Source: Desulfosarcinaceae bacterium (GTDB lineage Bacteria; Desulfobacterota; Desulfobacteria; Desulfobacterales; Desulfosarcinaceae). From it: a DNA stretch of 64,000 bases. This document shows positions 29,731 to 38,814 of the stretch, one piece after another. The notes below the pieces were generated by a model that was not told where the DNA came from, made no database searches, and was given only the letters and a program-made list of their open reading frames with translations. Made by a program: the position numbers and the translations under genes. Each line of letters begins with the position of its first letter. The stretch's first letter is position 1. The stretch is from contig JASJCL010000014.1 in assembly GCA_030066015.1 (NCBI GenBank), positions 6,674-70,673 of the forward strand, in the 5' to 3' direction.

Positions 29731-31518
29731 TCATTCCCCCGACTGCGGCCGCATGTCGGCCTTGTCAATGCCGGCCACCACCACCGGCTTCTTCATGGCA
29801 TCCCTGCGGAAAGGTTCGCCCAGCTCCTGATTGGTCATCACTTCAATAAAGGTGGTTTTGCCCTCCTCCATCTGGGCCTTAATGGCGGCACTCAACTGCC
29901 GGTTGAGGTCGTCCATGCCCGTCGCCTGAACGCCCTCCATTCCGCAGGCCTTGGCGATCTGAGCGAAGGACACCCTGTGATCGAGCTCGGTGCCGACGAA
30001 GTTGTCGTCGAACCAGAGCGTCGTGTTGCGCTTCTCAGCCCCCCACTGATAATTGCGGAAGATGATCATGGTGATGGGGGGCCAGCCGTCGCGGCCGCAG
30101 GCCGTCATCTCATTCATCGAGATGCCGAAGGCGCCGTCGCCGGCGAACCCCACCACCGGCACGTTCGGCTGGGCGATTTTGGCGCCCAGAATGGCCGGGA
30201 ACCCATAGCCGCAGGGACCGAACATTCCCGGCGCCAGATACTTGCGGCCGGCTTCGAAACTCGGATAGGCGTTGCCGATGGCGCAATTGTTGCCAATGTC
30301 GGAGGAGATGATGGCCTCCTTGGGCAGCGCCGCCGTTATGGCGCGCCAGGCCATACGGGCCGTCATCTTCTCCGGTTCACGATTGCGGGCCCGCTCGTTC
30401 CAGGTGGTGCCGGGATCGTCCTCCTCGTGATCCATGGTTTCCAATTCACTCGCCCATGCAGCCTTGCTCTTCTCGATGGTGGCCTTGCGGGTCTCGCGGT
30501 CGGTGTCGCCGGCCGTGGGGGCGAGTTCGGCCAGCAGCGTGGTGGCCACCTGCCGGGCGTCCCCCACGATGCCCACCGTCACCGGTTTGGTGAGGCCGAT
30601 GCGGTCGGGGTTGATCTCCACCTGGATGATGGCCGCCTGGGTTGGCCAGTAGTCGATTCCATAACCGGGCAGGGTCGAGAAGGGATTCAGCCGGGTGCCC
30701 AGCGCCAGGACGACATCGGCCCGCGAGATCAACTCCATCGCCGCCTTGGATCCATTGTACCCCAGTGGTCCGGCGAAAAGCCGATGGCTGCCGGGGAAGG
30801 CATCGTTGTGCTGGTACCCGCAGCAGACCGGCGCATCCAGGCGTTCGGCCAGGGCGATCGTTTCCTGGATGGCGCCGCCGATGACGACACCGCCGCCGTT
30901 GAGGATGACCGGAAACTTGGCCTTTGAAAGCAGCTCGGCTGCCTGGGCGATGGCCGCCTCGCCGCCCGCCGGCCGCTCGAACGTCACGATGGCGGGCAAC
31001 TCGATCTCCACCTCCTGGGTCCAGAAGTCCCGCGGGACATTGATTTGCGCCGGCGCGGATGCCCGTTGGGCCTGCAGAATCACGCGATTGAGAACTTCGG
31101 CGATGCGGGCGGGATGGAGCACCTCCTCCTGGTACGCCACCATCTCTTTAAACACATCCAACTGGGGCACCTCCTGGAAGCCGCCCTGCCCCATGGTCAT
31201 GTTGGCCGCTTGCGGGGTCACCAGCAGCAGCGGCGTATGGTTCCAATAAGCGGTTTTGACCGGTGTGACAAAATTGGTGATTCCGGGACCGTTTTGGGCC
31301 ACCAGCATGGAGATCTTGCCGCTGGCGCGGGTAAAACCGTCCGCCATCATTCCGGCGTTGCCTTCGTGGCCACAGTCCCAAAACGTGATGCCCGCCTTGG
31401 GAAACAGGTCGGACACCGGCATCATCGCCGAGCCGATGATGCCGAAAGCGTGCTCGATGCCATGCATCTGAAGCACTTTCACAAAAGCCTCTTCGGTGGT
31501 CATGCGTGTCTTTTCCAT
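29731..31518 (-). CDS. xsc: Sulfoacetaldehyde acetyltransferase (ThDP-dependent)
   Basis: 595 aa. The N-terminus MTTEEAFVKVLQMHGIEHAFGIIGSAMMPVSDLFPKAGITFWDCGHEGNAGMMADGF is nearly the canonical Xsc N-terminus as I recall it. ThDP motif GDGAFGISMNE. The start could instead be the MTTEE Met at 31503. Confidence 0.75.
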   Translation of the reverse strand: MEKTRMTTEEAFVKVLQMHGIEHAFGIIGSAMMPVSDLFPKAGITFWDCGHEGNAGMMADGFTRASGKISMLVAQNGPGITNFVTPVKTAYWNHTPLLLVTPQAANMTMGQGGFQEVPQLDVFKEMVAYQEEVLHPARIAEVLNRVILQAQRASAPAQINVPRDFWTQEVEIELPAIVTFERPAGGEAAIAQAAELLSKAKFPVILNGGGVVIGGAIQETIALAERLDAPVCCGYQHNDAFPGSHRLFAGPLGYNGSKAAMELISRADVVLALGTRLNPFSTLPGYGIDYWPTQAAIIQVEINPDRIGLTKPVTVGIVGDARQVATTLLAELAPTAGDTDRETRKATIEKSKAAWASELETMDHEEDDPGTTWNERARNREPEKMTARMAWRAITAALPKEAIISSDIGNNCAIGNAYPSFEAGRKYLAPGMFGPCGYGFPAILGAKIAQPNVPVVGFAGDGAFGISMNEMTACGRDGWPPITMIIFRNYQWGAEKRNTTLWFDDNFVGTELDHRVSFAQIAKACGMEGVQATGMDDLNRQLSAAIKAQMEEGKTTFIEVMTNQELGEPFRRDAMKKPVVVAGIDKADMRPQSGE

Positions 31519-31601
31519 GGTGTATCCCTCCCCCGCAGTCCTGCGATGTCCAGGCGTCGAGCGCCGCCGGCGACACGACGCCAGTTGGCAAGTATTGATA
31601 T

Positions 31602-31613
31602 CTGATATATCAG
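31602..31613. promoter_or_regulatory. Perfect 12-bp palindrome in A/T-rich patch upstream of xsc (candidate operator)
   Basis: CTGATATATCAG, flanked by TTGATA (31595-31600) and TTGACA (31621-31626). It is the only strongly A/T-rich stretch in this intergenic region. Confidence 0.35.
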
Positions 31614-31756
31614 TAATATGTTGACACTTCCTCCCCCTTTGTCAATCGGAACGGAGCGAATCGACGCCATCGCCCGTCTGGTTCAGAAAAGTGGCGCCGG
31701 GCGTGGGCGCGCATTGGTCCGACGCTTGCGGCGGATCCCCCCTTTCGGGCCGGACC

Positions 31757-32233
31757 TCAGGTGCCCTTGCCGGTCACATGGTCGATGTCGATTCGAACGA
31801 CGGCGGTTTTATGGGCCGCGGCTTGGATATATTTCTCCCCGGCGGCCAGATGATCTTCGGCGTACTTGTGCACCAGGGCGAAGAGCCCCGCCTCCTTTTC
31901 TTCGGCCGTCACCTCTTGGGCGGTGCCGAACACCACGACACTCTTAAAGTGGGTGCTGAATTTGGCCGGTATGATCGCGCTCTCCTTGATCACGCAGAAG
32001 GAGACCTTGGAATTGTGGCGGATGTTGTCGAGTTTGTGCCCTGTCGGGGCACAGTGGAAGTAGATGGCGCCCTGGTGGTAGGCGTAGTTCAGTGGGACGG
32101 CGTAAGGCGCGTTATCCCTCCCCACGGTGGCGAGAACACCCTCCGGTGCAGTGGCGAGGATCTCCAGCGTTTCCGCCTCCGACAATAGTTTTTCGTCCCG
32201 TCTCATCTCTCTGGGCATGGTGTGTCTCCGCAC
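31757..32233 (-). CDS. Pyridoxamine 5'-phosphate oxidase family (flavin-binding split-barrel) protein
   Basis: MRRDEKLLSEAETLEIL...GVLATVGRDNAPYAVPLNYAY..IYFHCAPTGHK is typical of NimA/PNPOx-like proteins. The true start may be an internal Met. Confidence 0.7.
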   Translation of the reverse strand: MRRHTMPREMRRDEKLLSEAETLEILATAPEGVLATVGRDNAPYAVPLNYAYHQGAIYFHCAPTGHKLDNIRHNSKVSFCVIKESAIIPAKFSTHFKSVVVFGTAQEVTAEEKEAGLFALVHKYAEDHLAAGEKYIQAAAHKTAVVRIDIDHVTGKGT

Positions 32234-32373
32234 AGGCAGGAAAGTGGCATCGATCTGCGTGAATATCGCCTGAGTTTACCCTGAAATGGTCCTCAGCAAA
32301 AGAGGAGAATCCGCCTCCCGATGCAGCGTCAGTGGGTTAGCCCGCGGCACGGCGCCATCCCATGGCGTCCGGG

Positions 32374-32925
32374 TCAGCGCTGCGGCGTCCCCCGCAGGGC
32401 GCGCACCACCTTGACCGCTTGCGTATGGTGCACCCGCAAGTGGAAGGCGAACATGCAATGCCAGCAATGGGCATTGAAATTGCCAAAGATGGGATGGGCG
32501 GCCGTGGGCGTTCCCCGCAGCGGCCCGAGCGTGGCGACGCATTTCAGATGGGCCGTGACGCTCCTCTGAAAGGCTGAGAGCGCCCGTTCATCGCTGTTCG
32601 CGGCAGGCAGCACACCGCTCTTCATATCGATCAGAGCGGGTCCACTGAGCGGCTCATTTCTGGCGAGCTGCGCCGTGATGGCGGTGATGGAGCGGTTGAC
32701 GATGGCGTTGTGTTCCAGAATCATGAACAATGACCAGTCGCGCATCTCTTCATCGATCCCCGGCAGGGGCGGTACCGATGTCCGGCGGCGTCCGAGTGCC
32801 GTCGGCACCCCATCCACCAGCCGACGATAGGATCGCAGGAAGTGCGCCGACTGATGTATCGCCCGCTGTCGGCTGGTCAGCGTGAACAGGGTGTGCACAG
32901 CGGCTTTGATGATAAGATTGCCCAT
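32374..32925 (-). CDS. DinB-like four-helix-bundle family protein (tentative)
   Basis: 183 aa. His-rich helices (MILEHN..., HPIFGNFNAHCWHCMFAFHLRVHHTQ) resemble DinB_2-type metal-binding proteins. Confidence 0.45.
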   Translation of the reverse strand: MGNLIIKAAVHTLFTLTSRQRAIHQSAHFLRSYRRLVDGVPTALGRRRTSVPPLPGIDEEMRDWSLFMILEHNAIVNRSITAITAQLARNEPLSGPALIDMKSGVLPAANSDERALSAFQRSVTAHLKCVATLGPLRGTPTAAHPIFGNFNAHCWHCMFAFHLRVHHTQAVKVVRALRGTPQR

Positions 32926-32963
32926 CTCCCGCTCCTATTCGAATTCCGGCTCTGGAAGGCCCC

Positions 32964-33869
32964 CTATTCGTCCAATTGGATTCGGCTGGTGATGCACGCA
33001 TGGCACGACCCCGATCGGATGCGGGCCGCGTCGGACAGGGAGAAGACGCCAACGACGTCAGCGGCGCTCGCACCCCCGTCCGCCGCCGCAACGAAGAGTC
33101 GGTGGATATCGGAGTAGATCATGGTCTTGATGGCATCCTCCAGGAGCGCATCGGTTCGGCACAGCTCCACTGGGGCCGACATGACGGAACTTGCCGCGGC
33201 TTCCAGGTCGACACCGTGTTTATAGGCCAGGGCCAGGTCGGTCTTGGAAATCACACCGCTGGGAAATCCACGCCCATCGCGCACCAGCACAGCGCCGAAG
33301 CGATAAGTGGAAAGCAGCTCTATGACGGCGAGGAGAGAGTCGGTTGCGGCCACCGACTGAACCCCTTCCGTCATCACCTCACCGACCACAAACCGTTTGA
33401 TCGTGTCGGCGCTGATAGCGCTTTGCCGCCGTCGATGGCTGAACTCACACGTATGGCAGTACTTGTAGAGCAGGCCAACGATATCGGGATAGGCCAGCGC
33501 GCCGACGATGCGGTGGTCGTCTGTATCGCTGACGTACAGGCGATAGACACGATTCGACCGCATGGTGTCGAGGGCCGCTTCCAAGGCGTCGTCCGACCGG
33601 CAGTAAAGCGGCGGCCCCACCATGATATGGGCCAGCGGTGCGGCAATGGGCAGACCGGCGTAGTAGGCGCCCATGATGTCGGACTTGGAGACCACCCCCA
33701 CCGGCGCGTCCTGGGCATCGGTGACCAGCAGCGCGTTGACCTTGTATTTGATCAGGTGGTTAATGCTGTGGTCGATGGCCGTCTCCTGGGGGAGCCGGAC
33801 CAATTGTCGCCGCATGGCCTGGCGCACCAGCAGACCGCTGAGCGTGTGCCGTGCCCCGCTACCCATCAC
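32964..33869 (-). CDS. Tandem CBS-pair protein (four CBS motifs) with CxxC...CxxC elements
   Basis: Repeated CBS signatures (VNALLVTDAQDAPVGVVSKSDI, RLYVSDTDDHRIVGALAYPDIV, GAVLVRDGRGFPSGVISKTDL, HRLFVAAADG..VVGVFSLSDA). CHTCE between the pairs and CHAC at the C-terminus. Confidence 0.75.
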   Translation of the reverse strand: MMGSGARHTLSGLLVRQAMRRQLVRLPQETAIDHSINHLIKYKVNALLVTDAQDAPVGVVSKSDIMGAYYAGLPIAAPLAHIMVGPPLYCRSDDALEAALDTMRSNRVYRLYVSDTDDHRIVGALAYPDIVGLLYKYCHTCEFSHRRRQSAISADTIKRFVVGEVMTEGVQSVAATDSLLAVIELLSTYRFGAVLVRDGRGFPSGVISKTDLALAYKHGVDLEAAASSVMSAPVELCRTDALLEDAIKTMIYSDIHRLFVAAADGGASAADVVGVFSLSDAARIRSGSCHACITSRIQLDE

Positions 33870-34347
33870 GCGCCTCCTCCGCGGTGAATCGATCCAAAAT
33901 ATTGTAGAAGAGATCGGAGATGTATACGATGCCCAGGATCCGGCCCGCCTCGACCACCGGCAGACGGCGAATGTGCTTCTTGATCATCACGTCGAGGATC
34001 ATCATGAGATGGGTCTGGGGTCCAATGGTGACCACATCGGTGCTCATGATATCGCCCACCAGCACCCCGCGGGTCTTGTCGCAGGCGCGATTGACGATAC
34101 CCACGAGGTCGATATCTTCCATCATGCCCCAGATATGGGTGTGCTTGGGGCGCATGAAGAGCAGGATATCGTACATCGAGAGCATCCCCACGAGTTGGTC
34201 GTCCGCATCGACGACCATGAGGCCGAAGATGCGGCGCCCCTCCACCCGGGTGGCGTGCACCAGCCGCTCGACAGCGGCAGCGGCCGTCATCTGCGGCGTC
34301 AGGGTATGAAACGCAGTGGTCATGATATCACGCGCCGTTATCTTCAT
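33859..34347 (-). CDS. CBS-pair domain protein
   Basis: Start at ATG 34347 (MKITARDIMTTAFHTLTP...; GGGGGAG RBS). Two CBS motifs. Overlaps the next CBS gene by 11 nt. Confidence 0.75.
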   Translation of the reverse strand: MKITARDIMTTAFHTLTPQMTAAAAVERLVHATRVEGRRIFGLMVVDADDQLVGMLSMYDILLFMRPKHTHIWGMMEDIDLVGIVNRACDKTRGVLVGDIMSTDVVTIGPQTHLMMILDVMIKKHIRRLPVVEAGRILGIVYISDLFYNILDRFTAEEARDG

Positions 34348-34498
34348 CGCTCCCCCAATTGCATCGGGTATCGGCGGAAGGTTGGCAACCACCGCAACGG
34401 TCCACCGCCGCAACTGCAATATTGCCAATCGAAGAGTGGGCTGGCATATAGCCTTCAGCCCAGTTATGGAATCGTGTATAGCCGGCGGGAGGCAACCG

Positions 34499-35926
34499 AT
34501 GCAAGATTTGGCGGATCAGATTCATGCAGCGTCTCTGGCGATTCTGGCCGATCCGGGTATCCGCCTCCGCGACGCAACCGTATTGGAGCGACTCCGGCAA
34601 GCTGGGGTCACCGTTGACGGCGACCGCGTTCACTTCGATGAAGATCAGGTCATGGCCGGACTGTCCGCCGCTCCGGCGGAATTCCGCCTGGCGGGTGGGG
34701 ATTCCCATCGTCATATCCGGGTCGGGGCCGACAGCCGCTGCATGGCCCCGGCCTACGGTGCGCCAACGATCACCCTTCGCGATGGCCGGCGGCGCGCGGC
34801 CCGCTTCACCGATTATCTCCGTATCGCCAGGCTTGTGCAAGCGGCCGATCTGCTGCACCTCAACGGTGGCATCCTGGTCCAGCCCGCCGACCTCGACCCG
34901 GCCTGGGCCGGTCTCGCCATGCTATACGCCGCTCTTTGCCTCAGTGACAAGCCGCTGGTCGGCATTCAGGGCGATGCGCGCCAGGTTCGCCAGATCATGG
35001 AACTGGCCGCCCGGGCCGCCGGTGGCGTCGGCGCCCTGCGGCGATCGCCACGGCTGCTGTTTCTGGTGAGCACCCTGAGCCCCCTTCAGATCGATGGCCA
35101 GGCACTGGCCACCCTGCGACTCTGCGCTGAATATCGTCAGCCGGTGGTCATCACCCCCGGCCTCATGTTCGGTTCCACCGGCCCCATTTCACCGGCGGGC
35201 AGCATGGTCCAGGCCAACGCCGAGTTCCTGGCCGGCCTCTGCGTATCGCAGGCGTTCGCACCAGGACTTCCGGTGGTGTACGGCTGCCTCGGATCGCCGG
35301 CCGACCTGCGAACCGGCGGCGTCACCCTGGCCTCACCATCCCGCTTCAGTTTCAAGGAGTTGGCCACCCATCTGGCGCGACGCTATGCCCTTCCCAATCG
35401 CGGTATCGGCGCCGTTACCGATGCCGCTCAGGTGTCGGTGCAAAGCGGCTATGAGGCCATGCTTACCCTGAGCAGCGATTACCGGCACTCCACCAGCATC
35501 GTCCTTCACGCCGCCGGCATTTTGCAGCGCTTCGCCAGTTTCAGCTACGAACAATTCATGGTGGATCTGGAGATCATCCGGATGCTCGATACGGCGGCGG
35601 CGCCGAGCCCAGCGGCATGGGACCTGGCCCTGGAGGTGATCCGGCAGGTGGGGCCCGGCGGCGAATTTCTCACCCACCCGCACACGCTCAAGCACTGCCG
35701 CTCCTTGCTTTTCGATCCAGCCCTCTCCCCGCCCCACGACGGAGATCCCGGGGCCTTTGATGCCCTTATCGACAAGGGGCTCGCCGCGCTGGCGGCGGCC
35801 TACGCGCCGCCGGGGATCGCCCCCGATCGGCAATCCGAGATGGACGCTTATGTATTGGCCAGCGGTGTGCCGGCGACCGTGTTGGAAACGGTCCGCCGCA
35901 CCCGCCGATCCCCCGAAACCCGTTAG
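34499..35926 (+). CDS. MttB-superfamily (trimethylamine methyltransferase-like, non-pyrrolysine) protein
   Basis: Start at ATG 34499 (MQDLADQIHAASLAILADPGIRL...; GGGAGG RBS). About 475 aa, with TIM-barrel MttB-like blocks (LLFLVSTLSPLQID, VVITPGLMFGSTGPISPAGS, GGEFLTHPHT). No in-frame TAG. Confidence 0.7.
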   Translation: MQDLADQIHAASLAILADPGIRLRDATVLERLRQAGVTVDGDRVHFDEDQVMAGLSAAPAEFRLAGGDSHRHIRVGADSRCMAPAYGAPTITLRDGRRRAARFTDYLRIARLVQAADLLHLNGGILVQPADLDPAWAGLAMLYAALCLSDKPLVGIQGDARQVRQIMELAARAAGGVGALRRSPRLLFLVSTLSPLQIDGQALATLRLCAEYRQPVVITPGLMFGSTGPISPAGSMVQANAEFLAGLCVSQAFAPGLPVVYGCLGSPADLRTGGVTLASPSRFSFKELATHLARRYALPNRGIGAVTDAAQVSVQSGYEAMLTLSSDYRHSTSIVLHAAGILQRFASFSYEQFMVDLEIIRMLDTAAAPSPAAWDLALEVIRQVGPGGEFLTHPHTLKHCRSLLFDPALSPPHDGDPGAFDALIDKGLAALAAAYAPPGIAPDRQSEMDAYVLASGVPATVLETVRRTRRSPETR

Positions 35927-35935
35927 GAGATACGG

Positions 35936-36718
35936 ATGCACCAGAACAGAGACATGGGCATTGCCACCATCCAGGATCGCGGAGTGCACTGCTCGGGCAT
36001 GGGGCTGGGCATCATCCTGCTCGATGAGACCTATCCCGGTTTTCCCGGAGACGTCCGCAACCCCTCCGCATTCCCCTACCCCATCCAGTACGCGGTGGCC
36101 CGCGGCCTCGACATCAAACAGCTGCTTTACGGCAACGACAAGACCCAATACCTGGCGACGGTGCTTGCCGCCGCCCGGGATCTCCAGAAAATGGGGTGCC
36201 GGGCCGTCCTCGCCGAATGCGGCTACTTTGCCCGCTTCCAGCGGACCGTGGCGGCCCAACTGGCCGTACCGGTTTTCATGTCGAGCCTCCTCCAAGTCCC
36301 CTGGGCCCAACACCTCATCGCACCTGACCGCCCAGTGGGGATTCTCATCTCTGCAGCAGATGCCCTCGAAGCGGTGCATCTCGAAGCCGTCGGCATCCGG
36401 CCGGACAGCAACTACGTCATTGGAGATGCCATGGGGGGCGGCCGTTGCCCGGAGTTTGACAGACTCTGGACGGACGGCATCCGGCCCGACGTCCCGGCCG
36501 CCAACTTCGAGCGGGCCGAAGCAGAGTTTCTGGCCGCGGCGATGGCGTTCCATCGTCAGCATCCCCGAATGGGCGCCATGGTACTCGAATGCACCGGCTT
36601 CCAGCCCTTTGCCCGCGCCCTCCAGCGACAAATCCGGATCCCCATCTTCTCCTGGGGGACCTTGATGGATTTCGCTTATTCGGTCGCCGTGCACCGCGAC
36701 TACTACGGCCACGCCTAA
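35936..36718 (+). CDS. Asp/Glu/hydantoin racemase superfamily protein
   Basis: 260 aa. Two pseudo-symmetric Cys motifs (AVLAECGYF and MVLECTGFQ) typical of two-base racemase/isomerase superfamily members. 9 nt after the MttB-like gene. Confidence 0.6.
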   Translation: MHQNRDMGIATIQDRGVHCSGMGLGIILLDETYPGFPGDVRNPSAFPYPIQYAVARGLDIKQLLYGNDKTQYLATVLAAARDLQKMGCRAVLAECGYFARFQRTVAAQLAVPVFMSSLLQVPWAQHLIAPDRPVGILISAADALEAVHLEAVGIRPDSNYVIGDAMGGGRCPEFDRLWTDGIRPDVPAANFERAEAEFLAAAMAFHRQHPRMGAMVLECTGFQPFARALQRQIRIPIFSWGTLMDFAYSVAVHRDYYGHA

Positions 36719-36850
36719 CCAAGCGGGCGATGTCCCGATCGTCGGCGGCCGTCGACGAGGCGTGCCTTGGTCCTGTGCCGCAATCATCCCGCGTTGCGGA
36801 TCGTCCAACAGCGTTCCGGAAGGTGGAATGACGCAGACCCAATTATGGTT

Positions 36851-36874
36851 TCAACTTAATGGAATTCTAACAAT
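36851..36874 (+). promoter_or_regulatory. TCAACTT-N8-TCTAACAAT motif upstream of acyltransferase gene
   Basis: Shares TCAACTT and TCTAACAAT with 57861..57886, and TCTAACAAT with 54275..54283. Lies 57 nt before ATG 36931. Confidence 0.3.
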
Positions 36875-36930
36875 CTCCAAATACAACTGGCGCAGCCAAT
36901 CCAAGTTCCCCCATAGACGCTAGTGACCAT

Positions 36931-37761
36931 ATGAATGAGAAATACAACGACCTAAGAGAGTTTTCCTTCATTGAAGGCGAGCTCCCGCTCTGGCAACGGC
37001 TGCTGATGCGCGCCATCGAGCAGACGACCGGCAAACGAAAGCTGATCCGAATCTACCAGAAAATCGTCGACCAGGATGAAACCGGGTTGTCGTTTTGGGA
37101 CCGGGCCATCACCCAACTGGAGCTGCAGATCAAGATCAATGGGAATCCCCTGGATTCGATTCCGAGATCCGGTCCGCTGCTGATCGTCTCCAATCACCCT
37201 TTCGGCCAAATCGACGGGCTGGTGCTTGGATATGTTCTCAATCAGGTTCGACCGGACTTTAAACTGGTGGCCTGGGATATTCTGAATGTCTCCGATTACT
37301 TTAAGGAAGTAATCCTGCCCATAAGCTTCAAGGATGAGTACGCGTCCAAGCGAAGCAATTTACTCACGCTGAAAGACGCCATAAAGCACTTGAAGCGCGG
37401 CAAGGCGGTCGCAATCTTTCCGGCCGGCGAAACGGCTCTGAGCAACGGTATTCTCGGGAAAGCCAAGGACGCCCAGTGGAAGAAGTTCACGTCCAAAATC
37501 GTCAAAGCCACCGACACACCGGTGCTGCCGGTCTTTTTTCATGGACAAAACAGCCGGCTCTTTCAAATCATTGGCAACTTCAACTTGAACCTCAAACTCT
37601 CCATGTTTTTTCATGAAATATGCAACATGATCGGCAAGGATGTCACCCTGACAATCGGCAGCATACTGCACTGCGCAGATTATGGCAGTGGGATGACGGA
37701 TAGCGATCTGATGGAATTTCTATACACCGAAACCGAGAAGCTCGCGCTTCAGCCGGTGTAG
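36931..37761 (+). CDS. Lysophospholipid/PlsC-type acyltransferase family protein
   Basis: HX4D motif in SNHPFGQIDG and FPAGE motif (AIFPAGETA). The gene is visibly more A/T-rich than its neighbours. Confidence 0.7.
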   Translation: MNEKYNDLREFSFIEGELPLWQRLLMRAIEQTTGKRKLIRIYQKIVDQDETGLSFWDRAITQLELQIKINGNPLDSIPRSGPLLIVSNHPFGQIDGLVLGYVLNQVRPDFKLVAWDILNVSDYFKEVILPISFKDEYASKRSNLLTLKDAIKHLKRGKAVAIFPAGETALSNGILGKAKDAQWKKFTSKIVKATDTPVLPVFFHGQNSRLFQIIGNFNLNLKLSMFFHEICNMIGKDVTLTIGSILHCADYGSGMTDSDLMEFLYTETEKLALQPV

Positions 37762-38035
37762 CGAATTAGATGGCGCAGCGCCGCCTGCTCGGGGATGCAT
37801 TGGTGCGCGCTGAAAGGTCGATGGGCCGATCACGGATACTCTAGCGGCATTTGCACGCAGCGATGCGATGGGTTGCGCATCTTCTCACCTAACCCATTCC
37901 AGGCGGAACGGCCTTCCCGCTGGATCTGCCCGATATTCCCAGGCCATCCGCCCTTCGGCACGGTTCGGTGCAAACCATGTTCAAGATGGGGGTCACCATC
38001 GATCCCAATCGGTGCGGCGTCACTCCTTGCGAAAT

Positions 38036-38527
38036 TCAAAGCACCTCGCTATCGGTGATGGCACAAAATTGTTGGGTGGGCAAAGGGCCAAACGGGTTGA
38101 TGATCATGGTGACACCATCGACCTCCTCGATCCATTCAACGCGAAAACGTTCAAATGTGTTCACCTCCGTAAAGTCGGCGAACTGATTCTCACCGGTAAA
38201 AATATAGGAGCTGGTGGGGGAGTTGAGGACGCCTTCTGTGAAGATCGTATACTGATTGGTTCCGATAACGCCCGTTATCTCAGGGTTGGGACCAGCGCCC
38301 CAAGTGATGCCGGTCGAGGAAATTACTTCGATATCCATCACCAATTCACCGGTTAAGCCTTGCAGGTCACAGCTGAAGTAGAAACGCGCCATATCGCTTT
38401 GGGTGCCGGGCGGGGTGTTGCCGCCACCCCCGCCTCCGCCCCCGCCACCACCACCGCACCCGGACAGCGGGATTGAGAAGGTGAGCAGCGCGAAGAGGAG
38501 TGCAAGCTGTACTGGACATCTTTTCAT
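38036..38527 (-). CDS. Small lipoprotein of unknown function with 12-residue poly-Gly linker
   Basis: Start at ATG 38527 (MKRCPVQLALLFALLTFSIPLSGCGGGGGGGGGGGGNTPP...; AGGAGGGA RBS; lipobox LSGC). Confidence 0.65.
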   Translation of the reverse strand: MKRCPVQLALLFALLTFSIPLSGCGGGGGGGGGGGGNTPPGTQSDMARFYFSCDLQGLTGELVMDIEVISSTGITWGAGPNPEITGVIGTNQYTIFTEGVLNSPTSSYIFTGENQFADFTEVNTFERFRVEWIEEVDGVTMIINPFGPLPTQQFCAITDSEVL

Positions 38528-38814
38528 GGCGTTCCCTCCTATGGATGGCATGGGTGGCGTGAAGTCACGGATCAGTGCGGCTGCATCCCGAGGATGCCGC
38601 GGCGGCCGGTTGCTGGGCCATTGTGTTTTTTCGGGTGGTGCCCGAGAGGGTCTGGCAATCACCCGGTCACAACGGGTTGCAACGGAACCAGTCGCCGGGC
38701 GGTGCGCCGCTGGGGAATGGTTCCGACATTAAGATATGCATCGCGTTCATCCATTGCACCTAGTGAAAGTTACCACTGCCTGGGCCGCGACGGCACGCTG
38801 GGTCGTCGCCGGTC

